A stretch of DNA of 62,347 bases, counting the filler, from Deltaproteobacteria bacterium (GTDB taxonomy: Bacteria; JAUYMQ01): NCBI GenBank assembly GCA_030698575.1. It is 9 parts of 9 records of this genome, joined end to end, with 100 filler letters (N's around TTAATTAATTAA, not from the genome) between each part and the next. Parts side by side here need not be neighbours in the genome. Positions count along the whole stretch, not along the records: positions 18,254 to 22,655 come from JAUYMQ010000562.1; positions 22,756 to 27,536 come from JAUYMQ010000573.1; positions 27,637 to 35,516 come from JAUYMQ010000399.1; 6 more parts are not named here. One strand, 5' to 3'. The notes under the pieces are model-generated. The model saw nothing but the letters and a program-made list of their open reading frames with translations, was not told the origin of the DNA and made no database searches. Shown here piece after piece: positions 21,125-30,095 of this stretch; positions within the stretch are counted from its first letter, which is position 1; each line of letters begins with the position of its first letter. The translations under genes and the position numbers were made by a program.

Positions 21125-22582
21125 ATGAGCCGGGCGGGATGGATGCTCAAGGCGCTGCTGATCTGGGTCGCGGGCGCGGTGGCCGTGATTCTGGTCGGCG
21201 CGGTCTGGTATCTCGACCAGAAGCCCGATCTCAAGGTGTGGCACACGGCATGGCTCGACGCCGAATTCACGACTTCGACGCCCGCCCGGACCTTCGACGA
21301 CTACCTGGCCCTCGAAGACCGCCTCTTCAAGCAGCTCGACGAACTTGTTTACAATCGGATCGACCCCGAAGATCGCCTCCCCTTTAATCGCTACTTTCGC
21401 GGCAGCAAGACCGACTCGGGGAGTTGGAGCCCCGACTGGAATCGCAGCTACGTCCTTTCCACTGAGCGGCCTGCAGCAGGCGTGCTGCTGATCCACGGGA
21501 TGTCCGACTCCCCGTATGTCCTACGCGCCCTGGCCGAGCGTCTCAACGCCGGGGGCGCCGCGGTCGTCGGGCTGCGCGTTCCGGGCCACGGCACCGCGCC
21601 CTCGGGGCTCGTGCGGGTCCGCTACGAGGACATGGCGGCCGCCGTGAAACTCGCCGTAGAGCGCCTTCGTGATGAGGTAGGAGAGCGTCCGATCACCATC
21701 GTCGGGTTCTCCAACGGCGGCGCGCTCGCCGTGCACTACGCGCTCGCCGCTCTCGAAGACCCATCCCTCCCCGCAATCGAGCGGGTATTCCTGATGTCGC
21801 CCGAGATCGGGGTCACACCCATGGCCGTGCTCGCAATCTGGCAGGAACGGATCGGGCGGCTCCTGGGGCTCGACAAGCTCAACTGGAACACCATCCTGCC
21901 GGAGTACGACCCGTACAAGTACGGCTCCTTCGCCGTGAATGCCGGCAACCAGGCCTACCGCCTGACGATCGAGAACCGCAACCGGCTCGAACGCTTGGGC
22001 GCGGCCGGAAAACTGGACGGGTTTCCTCCGGTGCTGGCGTTCCAGTCGGCAGTCGACGCCACGATCGTGGCCCCCGATCTGGTGAAGGAGTTGTTCGATC
22101 AGCTTCCGGATCGCGGGCACGAGCTGGTGCTGTTCGACATCAACCGCACGATCGAGATCGAGGCGCTGCTCAAGGAGGACCCCCGGGCCTGGATCGAATC
22201 GATCACCGAGACGCCGGACAAGCGCTACACGTTCAGCCTGGTCACCAACGAGAACGACAAGAGCGAGCACATGGTCGTTCGATCGCAGAAACCGGGGCAA
22301 AGCGGGTCCGCCACGACCGATATCGAGCTGACCTGGCCCCGATCGATCTACTCTCTAACGCATCTTGCTTTGCCCATTCCTGCCAACGATCCGCTCTACG
22401 GCGGCGAGGATCAGGGCAAGAGTCCGGGGATCCGGCTCGGTAGCCTGGCGCTGCGTGGGGAGCGGGGTGTGCTGGTGATCCCGGCCGACGACATGCTGCG
22501 CCTCCGGTGGAATCCCTTCTTCCCCTACGTCGAGCAGCGGATACTGGCGCTCGTCCTCCCTGGGCAAGTGGGCACTAGATAG
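21125..22582 (+). CDS. Alpha/beta hydrolase with N-terminal membrane anchor
   Basis: LIHGMSDSPY, PGHGT, nucleophile elbow GFSNG. Confidence 0.85.
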   Translation: MSRAGWMLKALLIWVAGAVAVILVGAVWYLDQKPDLKVWHTAWLDAEFTTSTPARTFDDYLALEDRLFKQLDELVYNRIDPEDRLPFNRYFRGSKTDSGSWSPDWNRSYVLSTERPAAGVLLIHGMSDSPYVLRALAERLNAGGAAVVGLRVPGHGTAPSGLVRVRYEDMAAAVKLAVERLRDEVGERPITIVGFSNGGALAVHYALAALEDPSLPAIERVFLMSPEIGVTPMAVLAIWQERIGRLLGLDKLNWNTILPEYDPYKYGSFAVNAGNQAYRLTIENRNRLERLGAAGKLDGFPPVLAFQSAVDATIVAPDLVKELFDQLPDRGHELVLFDINRTIEIEALLKEDPRAWIESITETPDKRYTFSLVTNENDKSEHMVVRSQKPGQSGSATTDIELTWPRSIYSLTHLALPIPANDPLYGGEDQGKSPGIRLGSLALRGERGVLVIPADDMLRLRWNPFFPYVEQRILALVLPGQVGTR

Positions 22583-22755
22583 TGCCTTGATTCATCTTTC
22601 TTTGGCCTGTAGATTCCGTGCGCATCCTCAGTGCCACCCCCCGCCCTAGTTGAATNNNNNNNNNNNNNNNNNNNNNNNNNNNNNNNNNNNNNNNNNNNNT
22701 TAATTAATTAANNNNNNNNNNNNNNNNNNNNNNNNNNNNNNNNNNNNNNNNNNNN

Positions 22756-22897
22756 GTGCCTCGTAGGAGGCCGAGATCACGGTGCCGCGGCTGTGGATGT
22801 GGCTCACGATGAGAGGGCGACGGCCGAGCGTGGGGTCTTTCACACGCGCCACGGAGGCATAGAAGTCGTCGACGTTGACATGGAGGACGTGGCGCAT
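22756..22897 (-). CDS. Y-family DNA polymerase (DinB/ImuB-like), N-terminal fragment
   Basis: HVNVDDFYASVA..DP.L.RRPLIV...RGTVISASYEA; cut by the contig end. Confidence 0.85.
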
Positions 22898-23015
22898 GGG
22901 GACTGTCCTTAGATTCCGGGTGAGAAGGGACAGTCCCTCCCCCGCACGGTCGCTTGGTTCTTCGGCTCAATGCCGGGGGGACAGTCCCTTCTCAGCGCCG
23001 GGGGCCAGTCCCTTC
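22898..23015. repeat. Cluster of GGGAC(A/T)GTCCC palindromes
   Basis: Copies near 22898, 22927, 22978 and a degenerate one near 23001; TGAGAAGGGACAGTCCC and GGGACAGTCCCTTCTCA form a 17-bp inverted pair. Confidence 0.7.
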
Positions 23016-23360
23016 GCGGCGGAGGCCGATCACGACACCCAGGATGCGGAGGTCGGAGAGAGGCACCTGGATGGGAACGTCGCCGGGCGCAGCGCCCTCC
23101 CCCGCTTCGAAGCGGACGACCGTGGCGCCGGACCGGTGGCGGTAAAGCGCCTCGCGCCCGCCGATCTCCGCCAGCACCACCTCCCCCGCCTCGATCTTCC
23201 AGCGCGCCTCGATGATCACCGCGTCGCCCGGCGCGTAGCTCCCCGGGGGCAGCCCCTTCTGCTTGAGCCGGCGGCGGGAGAGCCGGTGCAGCATGCCCGT
23301 CTCCCGGAAAGCCGGCGCCCATCCCAGCGTGTTCACCATCATCGTCTTCACCAGAGCCAT
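22992..23360 (-). CDS. LexA/UmuD-like S24 C-terminal domain protein, apparently non-catalytic, no HTH
   Basis: GAGGAG RBS; PGDAVIIE...GEVVLAEIGG...PI.V...LRILGVVIGLRR matches the LexA CTD pattern; GDSM Ser and VKR Lys motifs not seen. Confidence 0.65.
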   Translation of the reverse strand: MALVKTMMVNTLGWAPAFRETGMLHRLSRRRLKQKGLPPGSYAPGDAVIIEARWKIEAGEVVLAEIGGREALYRHRSGATVVRFEAGEGAAPGDVPIQVPLSDLRILGVVIGLRREGTGPRR

Positions 23361-23449
23361 TTCAGATCTCCTCAGGGGATGTTCACTTTTTCCGAACCGC
23401 TGATCGCCAACCTGAAAGACGGTCAAAAAAAGGTGGACGCCCCCATTTC

Positions 23450-23758
23450 TCAACAGGCCGGGCACTGCCGCCCGAGGGGCAATCCCTCCGGGCTGTCAAA
23501 AGAAGATGCGGCGGCGGGCGTACGGGTGGTCCGTGCCACCCGCTGGGCCGCGCGCAACGCCTCCGCCCTCGCCAGCAGCGCGCTGATCCGATCACGGGTG
23601 CGTGTGTAGTCCTCCATCAAGGCGTCATGGATCGCATCGTCGACGAGGCCTGACGCTCGCGCCGCCGAAAGGCGGCTCTTCTGATCGCACCAGGTGGCGA
23701 AGGCCGCAGCGAGGAACTGAAGCGAGGCGCCGGAGATGGTCATTTCATTTCCTTTCAT
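23450..23758 (-). CDS. Hypothetical protein
   Basis: 102-aa ORF with purine-rich RBS; co-oriented upstream of the S24/DinB genes. Confidence 0.5.
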   Translation of the reverse strand: MKGNEMTISGASLQFLAAAFATWCDQKSRLSAARASGLVDDAIHDALMEDYTRTRDRISALLARAEALRAAQRVARTTRTPAAASSFDSPEGLPLGRQCPAC

Positions 23759-23815
23759 TTCATCTTCCCTTCTGTGCGTTTCGCGTTAGGCGAAAGAAAA
23801 GCGAAAGCCGTTTTC

Positions 23816-23850
23816 AAAAAAAGGGAGGAGATGCGCGCGCATCTCCTCCC
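23816..23850 (-). terminator. Intrinsic terminator
   Basis: Perfect palindrome GGGAGGAGATGCGC/GCGCATCTCCTCCC followed by T7 on the minus strand, right after the 23857 stop. Confidence 0.85.
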
Positions 23851-23856
23851 CGCTTC

Positions 23857-24246
23857 TCAACCCCAGAAGCAACCCCAGGGATCCTTCGTGATCTCGTCCA
23901 TGCATCGCTCGAAGCTGGCGACGAAGGGGTGCTCCTCGGCGTCGTGATAGGTCCACCAGCGGCCGCTGCCGCGCCGCCAGAACACTCCGAACTTGCTCGG
24001 GCTCGCCGCGCGGATCTGCGCGACGGGCATCTCGAGATTCTTGGCGTTCGCGCTGCTGCGGTAATGGTGAAAGATGGTGTACCCCTCCGCCGTCCGTATC
24101 ACGTGAACCTCGCCGCGGGTCACGCGCGTCTGCAGAATCCGGCGGATGTCATCGACTCGGATCTCGCTGGTTTCCGAATTTTCGGCGTACGAAGCCATTT
24201 GGGGGTCTCCAAAACCAAACTGAGAAGAATTGAGCGAGTGCTGCAC
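23857..24246 (-). CDS. DUF3024-like protein
   Basis: PVAQIR...FWRR..GRW..Y...EI.KDPWGCFWG C-terminus; start uncertain (maybe 24198). Confidence 0.75.
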   Translation of the reverse strand: MQHSLNSSQFGFGDPQMASYAENSETSEIRVDDIRRILQTRVTRGEVHVIRTAEGYTIFHHYRSSANAKNLEMPVAQIRAASPSKFGVFWRRGSGRWWTYHDAEEHPFVASFERCMDEITKDPWGCFWG

Positions 24247-24393
24247 GAGAAAAGCTTACTGCGACAGGCGTTCATCCAATGCATCGCCAGCATAAGTCCA
24301 TGGCCTTGAAATTGCTAGGATTTTTTTCGGCCATTTTAGCCCCTGACAAGCTGCTTTCAAGAGATGAGCTAAACCCTTGAAGAACAAGGATTT

Positions 24394-26844
24394 CTAAAAT
24401 CCGGGCCCGGCGGAGGCCTGTTCCGCCGCCCCACCCGCCGCCTTGGCCAACCGGCGCGCCACCAGGCCGGCCACGGCTTCCTGAACGGCATTCACCTCGC
24501 GCGCGGGCAGCCCCCAGAGAGAAAGAACGAGTGCATCGAGGGCGTTACGGTCTCGCGCGCCACGCTCGTCGAAGATCGATCGCGACGGCCGCAAGGCCAG
24601 CGCACGCACCAGGCGCGACAGCGGTTCCGCCTGCACGCGAATCAGATCCAAGCGCGGCACCGGAACGGCCTTCACGAGGTACACGTTCGTGTCGACCACG
24701 GCCTGCGCACCGGTGAGGTCCCGGCCCTCCAGTTCGACGCAAAGGCGCGTGATCGTTGCGTTCAGGACCGCGTGAAGCGCGTCGGGCGGAACGCCTGCGC
24801 GCGGCGTGATGCCGAAGAGGTTGTTGTCGAAGGCAACGCCGCCCGCGCGGGCGACGGGCATGCGCGCGCCGATGCGCCGGGGAATCAGGAAATCGCCCCG
24901 GGGCGGCGCGAGCGCGTACCAGGGTGCGCGTGACGCCACCGAGGCGAGGCGGTGGACACCGTGGCGCTCGCCGGCGCGAAGGTAATCGGCGACGCGCGCG
25001 CCGGCGAGTTCCGCTCCCGGCGGAATGACGAGGACGCGCCGGCGAAGCGTGTCGCGCGCGACCGCGAGCCCTGAAACTTCCTTGAGCGTCGTTACGATGG
25101 GGCGGAGGTATGCGGTTTCGATCACATGGCTGCGGCCGTCGAGGCGAGAGCGAACGCGCCGCAAGCCGTTCGCGCCCTTGCCGTCATCTCCGTCGGCGGG
25201 CCCCTCGTCTTCGAGATGGAAGAAGGCGTTACAGCCGGTCTTCAAGCCGAAGACAACCTCGGCTATCTCTCCCAGTGCGACCGTGCGCCCGGCCGACGCC
25301 GCCCGCGCGCGGAAGATGACCGCCGGACCGCGTAACCAGAGCCCGCCCCAGCGCGGCACGGGGTCCCGCGGCGCCGCGGGCAGGAGCGCATCCCGGGCAG
25401 CCAGGCGCAGCCGAAGCGCGGGCGTCTCGACCTCGCGTCGCCCGTCGAGAGCGCGGAAGAGCGGCCCCTCGGCCGCCCGGGCAAAGGGGACGCGGAGGGT
25501 CGCGAAGCGCACCGGCGCCCCGTCACCGGGCGCCGCCTTCGTGGACGATCCGTTCCCGGGCGCGCGCCGCCGGGCCAGGGTGACGACGGTGTTGACGCTG
25601 GCCCCCCGGAAGGAGCGGTGGTCGCTCTCGATGAGAGAGAGATCGGCCTGCTCGAGGAGAATCGTCCGGAGCGCGGCGCCATAGTCGAGATCGAGCCAGG
25701 CATGGCTCGTGAGCAGCGCGAGCGTTCCCCCCGGGCGCAGGAGCCGGAGCCCTTCGAGGAAGAAGTAGACGTAGAGGTCCGCCCGCTGCGAGAGGCCGAG
25801 CGCCCTGGCCCGCCGGCGGAGGGCCGCCGGTAGTTCGTGGCTCCTGATCAGCTCCTGCCGGACGTAGGGCGGATTGCCGATGACGACGTCGAAGCTCCCC
25901 TCGCCCGTTGCGCCGGGCCCCGTGGATCCCCGCACCGCTCCCGCCTCGAAAAGGCGAGGGAATTCATGCAACCAGCGAAGCGCGAGCGCATCGCCCGCGG
26001 CGAGATTCGGCGTCGCGCCGGGCGCGGCGAGCGCGAGACGCCCGCGAGTCACCTCGACGGCACCCGGATCCACGTCGACGCCGAAGAGGTTTTCCGTCAC
26101 CGCTTGCGCCGCGATCGCCCCGGGGGCGCCCATCCCGAGCGCCGTTCCGAGACGGACCAGCTCTTCGAGGCAGCCAACAAGGAAGGCCCCCGCGCCGCAG
26201 CCCGGATCGAGAAGGCGCAGCGCTCGAAGCCGCGCGGCGGCCCCGCGGCGCTCGGCCAGTGACAGGCGCGCGGCTAACGCCGCAATCTTCTCCGGGTGCG
26301 CACCCAGAAGCGCGGCGGCCTTTGCGCGCGGAAGCGCCGGCAATGCGGGGTGCGGGCCGGCGAGGTGCTCGAGAAGCGCCCGGCGCGCCATGAAGCGCAC
26401 CTCGCCCAAGGCGGTGTAAACGCACCCGAGACCGCCCGCGAACGCCTCGTGAAAGCGCGCCATGGCTTCGGGGCCGAGCCGGCGCGCCGCCGGATCGGCT
26501 GACGCATCGTGGCGCACGAAGATCCAGCCGCCGAGCCACACCCGCACGTGCCGGTCGTCTTCCGCCGGGACCGCGCGCGCGCGCCTGTTCCTGCGCGCAC
26601 TCCCCGGAGAGGCGCCGAAGCGCGCGGCCAGCGACGCCGCAAAACGCTCCGCGACATCTTTTCCGTTCTTTCCATTCTGGTGCCCGCTCGCCTGGAGCGC
26701 GGCCCGGGCCTCGGCCAGAAAGGCTGTCCAGGCCGCTTCACCTGCCTCGGCCGAAGAACGATGACCGGGTCGTATGGGTGCCGGGGGCGCCGGGGCGCGA
26801 CGCGCTTCTCGGGTCGGTTCGAATGTGGGCGGCAGTCCAGACAC
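24394..26844 (-). CDS. N6-adenine DNA methyltransferase (Eco57I/TaqI-like, gamma class)
   Basis: LDPGCGAGAFL, FGVDVD, FDVVIGNPPYVRQE, ADLYVYF, GLKTGCNAFF target-recognition region. Confidence 0.88.
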   Translation of the reverse strand: MSGLPPTFEPTREARRAPAPPAPIRPGHRSSAEAGEAAWTAFLAEARAALQASGHQNGKNGKDVAERFAASLAARFGASPGSARRNRRARAVPAEDDRHVRVWLGGWIFVRHDASADPAARRLGPEAMARFHEAFAGGLGCVYTALGEVRFMARRALLEHLAGPHPALPALPRAKAAALLGAHPEKIAALAARLSLAERRGAAARLRALRLLDPGCGAGAFLVGCLEELVRLGTALGMGAPGAIAAQAVTENLFGVDVDPGAVEVTRGRLALAAPGATPNLAAGDALALRWLHEFPRLFEAGAVRGSTGPGATGEGSFDVVIGNPPYVRQELIRSHELPAALRRRARALGLSQRADLYVYFFLEGLRLLRPGGTLALLTSHAWLDLDYGAALRTILLEQADLSLIESDHRSFRGASVNTVVTLARRRAPGNGSSTKAAPGDGAPVRFATLRVPFARAAEGPLFRALDGRREVETPALRLRLAARDALLPAAPRDPVPRWGGLWLRGPAVIFRARAASAGRTVALGEIAEVVFGLKTGCNAFFHLEDEGPADGDDGKGANGLRRVRSRLDGRSHVIETAYLRPIVTTLKEVSGLAVARDTLRRRVLVIPPGAELAGARVADYLRAGERHGVHRLASVASRAPWYALAPPRGDFLIPRRIGARMPVARAGGVAFDNNLFGITPRAGVPPDALHAVLNATITRLCVELEGRDLTGAQAVVDTNVYLVKAVPVPRLDLIRVQAEPLSRLVRALALRPSRSIFDERGARDRNALDALVLSLWGLPAREVNAVQEAVAGLVARRLAKAAGGAAEQASAGPGF

Positions 26845-27038
26845 GGCAGGGAGCCCCTCTGGAGATTCTCGGTCAGGAATATCCGGTCAGGAGAACCCGA
26901 ACGGATGAAGCCGGTCAAGCAAATCTGGCGGGGGGGAAGCGCCGGGCCCGGCGGCGGCTAGTCCGAGGGGCCTGACACCTCGTCTATCACCGGCCTGTGA
27001 CACGCGACGTCCCCGAGGAGAGGGTGGCGAGGACGAAG

Positions 27039-27122
27039 GGGATTGCTTCGGCGCCCTTCGTTAGGGATTCGCTCGGCCCGCGCTTCGCGCGGGACCTCGG
27101 GCGGGGCGCCTCGCAATGACAT
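27039..27122 (-). repeat. Second palindromic REP/RPE-like repeat
   Basis: Reverse complement ATGTCATTGCGAGG...CGAAGCAATCCC with longer nested hairpins. Confidence 0.7.
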
Positions 27123-27161
27123 GCGGGGGAGCGGCGCGCGGGTCAGTCCCGTCCGAAACGC

Positions 27162-27536
27162 CTACACCGACGCGGTGCAGTGCGCGCAGCGGGTCGCCTT
27201 GATCGGAATCGACGACAGGCAGAAGGTGCAGTCCTTCGTCGTCGGCGCCGCTTCCGGCGCCTCCTTCTGGCGTTTCAGGCGGTTCATCTGCTTGATCACG
27301 AGGAAGAGCACGAAGGCCACGATCACGAAGTCGAGGACGCCGTTGATGAAGGCCCCGTAGTTGATCGTGGGCGCGCCGGCTTCTTGGGCCGCCGCAAGCG
27401 TCGGGTAGGCCGTATCCTACAGATTGATGAAGAGCTTCGAAAAATCGGCGTTGCCGAGCACCAGCCCGATGGGCGGCATCAGGACGTCGCTCACGAGCGA
27501 GCTGTTGATCTTTCCGAAGCTCGCGCCGAGGATGAT
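27162..27536 (-). pseudogene. mscL: Large-conductance mechanosensitive channel with C-terminal CxxC..CxxC; 5'-truncated; in-frame TAG
   Basis: [23 protein letters not shown]...[30 protein letters not shown]...[21 protein letters not shown]; stop at 27417-27419. Confidence 0.9.
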
Positions 27537-27636
27537 NNNNNNNNNNNNNNNNNNNNNNNNNNNNNNNNNNNNNNNNNNNNTTAATTAATTAANNNNNNNN
27601 NNNNNNNNNNNNNNNNNNNNNNNNNNNNNNNNNNNN

Positions 27637-28061
27637 GCGCGAACGCCGGCGTCGACCAGTCGAACGCCCCCGGCCCCGGGCAGGCCGTTCTTCTCCCCGC
27701 CGATCCCGATGCCTCCGCCGCCCGCCTCCTCCGCGAGCTGCAGTCGTTCACCGGTCGAAACGTCGGAGTCGTGATCACCGACACGTTCGGGCGGCCCTGG
27801 CGAGAGGGGCTCGTCGACGTGGCGATCGGGGTCGCCGGACTGAGGCCCCTCGTGGATCTCCGGGGGCTGGCGGACTGGTCGGAAAGAAAACTGGAGGTCA
27901 CGGTGATGGCGCTGGCCGATCAGGTGGCCGCTGCGGCCGGCCTGGTAATGGGCAAGGTGGGGGGAATCCCAGCCGCCCTTCTGCGGGGGGCCGGGACATG
28001 GCTTGGAGAGGGACGGGCAGCCGAACTCGTCCGGCCGGCCGAACGCGATCTGTTTCGCTGA
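27637..28061 (+). CDS. cofE: Coenzyme F420-0:L-glutamate ligase, 5'-truncated
   Basis: ANAGVDQSN...LLPADPDASA...ITDTFGRPWREG..DVAIG...ADQVAAAAGLVMGK...RPAERDLFR. Confidence 0.92.
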
Positions 28062-28107
28062 GCGGGAAGCGCTTCCGGAACCGGCAGGGTTCCGGCCCCG
28101 GAAACAG

Positions 28108-28134
28108 AAATGCCCCGCCACGGCGGGGCATTTT
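28108..28134. terminator. Bidirectional terminator
   Basis: AAATGCCCCGCC-AC-GGCGGGGCATTTT between convergent genes. Confidence 0.75.
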
Positions 28135-28152
28135 GATTCTCGATCCCTCCCG

Positions 28153-28680
28153 CTAGCGGCTGGCCGCCCGCCGGGCCCCGTTGCGCGAAACTCGCGCAGC
28201 GGCCTCATCCCGGCGGCTCCGCTGCAGATCCCGAACCCGCACCTTGAGGTCCTGGGCCATCTCCCCCAGGGGCAGAAGCAGGTACTGGCCACTATTTTTC
28301 AGAACGTTGACCACTTCCCGGTCATTTCGGCAGAGGTAGAAGTTCTTCCCGTCGGTCAGCAAGCTGATCCGCCCCGAGCCGTTCAGGGCCGTATGGAAGG
28401 GCTTCTCGATCCCCATTTCGTCCCGGAGGACCCGGAGGGTCTTCCGGATCCGCTGGAAGCTCATCCCCTTCTGCTTGAGGGCGGCGACCGCCTGGAGGAC
28501 CATCACGTCGAGGGGACTGTAGAGCCGGCGGTTACCGCTGCGGGGGGAGCGACCGGCGGGACGGCTCAGGCTGGGTGGAAAGACGCCCTGCTCGTCCCAG
28601 TACTGCAGGTTCCGGTTCGTGAGCCCCGTGAGGACCTGCACCTCCCGGCTGGTGAACCCTTCTTTCTTCGACAGGAACAT
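28153..28680 (-). CDS. MerR-family HTH regulator
   Basis: FTSREVQVLTGLTNRNLQYWDEQG...RRLYS..D...LKQKGMSFQRIRK. Confidence 0.9.
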   Translation of the reverse strand: MFLSKKEGFTSREVQVLTGLTNRNLQYWDEQGVFPPSLSRPAGRSPRSGNRRLYSPLDVMVLQAVAALKQKGMSFQRIRKTLRVLRDEMGIEKPFHTALNGSGRISLLTDGKNFYLCRNDREVVNVLKNSGQYLLLPLGEMAQDLKVRVRDLQRSRRDEAAARVSRNGARRAASR

Positions 28681-29043
28681 GTTGCAATCCGAGTGGTGAA
28701 AAGACTGTCCGAAAATTCCCGGCCAGGGACCAATCCCGCGGCACGTGGTCTCTCTCCCGGGGTGGCGGCCGATCGGGCGGGGTGCCCGGACGCCTCCTTA
28801 TAATAGACAGGCTGAGCGGCCGCTGGCAACGGCCCCACCGGGCCGCCGGACGGCTGAAGGCACCCTTAAAAACCTATATATTTCATATACTTACAATTTT
28901 ACGGAGAAAAGGCGACGGGGTGCTGGCAGGGAACGACCGGGCCGGCTGCGGCTCGGCGGCTACACTGAATTACGTAATCCGCAAAGATCGCGCAATCGGG
29001 AAGTCGCAGTGTGCACGCCGGCGTGGACACGAAGCGCCTCACC

Positions 29044-29089
29044 AAAATTACGTGGGGCCCGAGATTGCTCTCGAGCCCCACGTAATTTT
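29044..29089. terminator. Long hairpin / terminator after the basic peptide gene
   Basis: AAAATTACGTGGGG...CCCCACGTAATTTT 14-bp inverted repeat. Confidence 0.7.
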
Positions 29090-29121
29090 CCGCGCGATTG
29101 TCTCTTTCAGACAGAGACCAC

Positions 29122-29235
29122 TTACTTCTTCTTCTTCGCGGTCTTCTTCTTGGCTACCTTCTTCGCAGCCTTTCGCTTCGCTGGCTTCTTCTTGGCCGTC
29201 TTCTTCGCGGCCTTCTTCTTTCGCTTTGCTGCCAT
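29122..29235 (-). CDS. 37-aa Lys/Ala-rich histone H1-like peptide (below the ORF-track cutoff)
   Basis: MAAKRKKKAAKKTAKKKPAKRKAAKKVAKKKTAKKKK; GGAGGT RBS; own promoter and terminator. Confidence 0.85.
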   Translation of the reverse strand: MAAKRKKKAAKKTAKKKPAKRKAAKKVAKKKTAKKKK

Positions 29236-29271
29236 GTAGTTACCTCCTATAGGAGTTTAGTGTTGAACATT

Positions 29272-29320
29272 TTTATATTTTTTGTTTTCGGCCTGTCAAG
29301 ATATTTTTTTAGCTATTTTT
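29272..29320 (-). promoter_or_regulatory. Sigma70 promoter with A-rich UP element
   Basis: TTGACA-N16-TATAAA preceded by A tracts. Confidence 0.55.
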
Positions 29321-29498
29321 GATCTTCGGTCCCCTGAAACTCGATATCTCCCCCCTTCCGGATGCGGGACACGTGCTCGCGTCACCGGATCGGACACCCG
29401 TCATGACCCGCGCGCGTGTCCGCGAAACCGTTCCGCGGCAGTCACTCAAGTCGCGCGTGCCACGTCAACTTTTCCTTTAACGTCGGGAAGATTCCAGG

Positions 29499-30095
29499 TT
29501 AAACGTCGAGACGCTGACGGATGCGGCGCCACAGCGTGTCCTTCCCCAAACCGGTTGTGGAGGAGAAGGTCAGAGGCGGATCCGGGAGCGGCGCAACCCT
29601 CTCGGCGAGAACGCGCTCGATTTCTTTGCACTGGGCCATGAGGCGACCCCGGGGAAGCTTGTCCGCCTTCGTGAGGACGACGATCGGGGGGATCGACAGG
29701 CGTTCGAGGTAAGCGAGGAGTTCGATGTCTCCGTCTGCGGGCAACCGCCTCACGTCCAGGATCACCACCGCGCCCCGAAGCGTTGCGCGCCCTGTAAGAT
29801 AGCTCTCCACCAGCGGCCCCCACTCCGCTCTCAGCGCGATGGGCGCGCGGGCGTATCCGTAGCCGGGCAGATCGACGAAGAAGAACCGGTTGTTGATGAG
29901 GTAGAACTGGACCGCCTGCGTTCGCCCGGGCGTGGTGCTGGTGCGCGCCAGCCGCTTGCGGTTCAGCAGGACATTGATGAGGGAGGATTTTCCCACGTTG
30001 GATCGCCCCATGAAGGCGATTTCTGGAAGTCGCGGTTCTGGAACAGCGGCGGCCTGGTGGGCGGCGGCGTGGAATTCCGCGGACGTGACCTTCAT
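29499..30095 (-). CDS. engB: Ribosome biogenesis GTPase YihA/YsxC
   Basis: GRSNVGKSSLIN, TPGRTQ, DLPGYGYA, TKADK. Confidence 0.96.
   Translation of the reverse strand: MKVTSAEFHAAAHQAAAVPEPRLPEIAFMGRSNVGKSSLINVLLNRKRLARTSTTPGRTQAVQFYLINNRFFFVDLPGYGYARAPIALRAEWGPLVESYLTGRATLRGAVVILDVRRLPADGDIELLAYLERLSIPPIVVLTKADKLPRGRLMAQCKEIERVLAERVAPLPDPPLTFSSTTGLGKDTLWRRIRQRLDV

Noticed and set aside
27417-27419. Genome-wide TAG recoding
   Set aside because: Many intact genes here end in TAG at their expected positions
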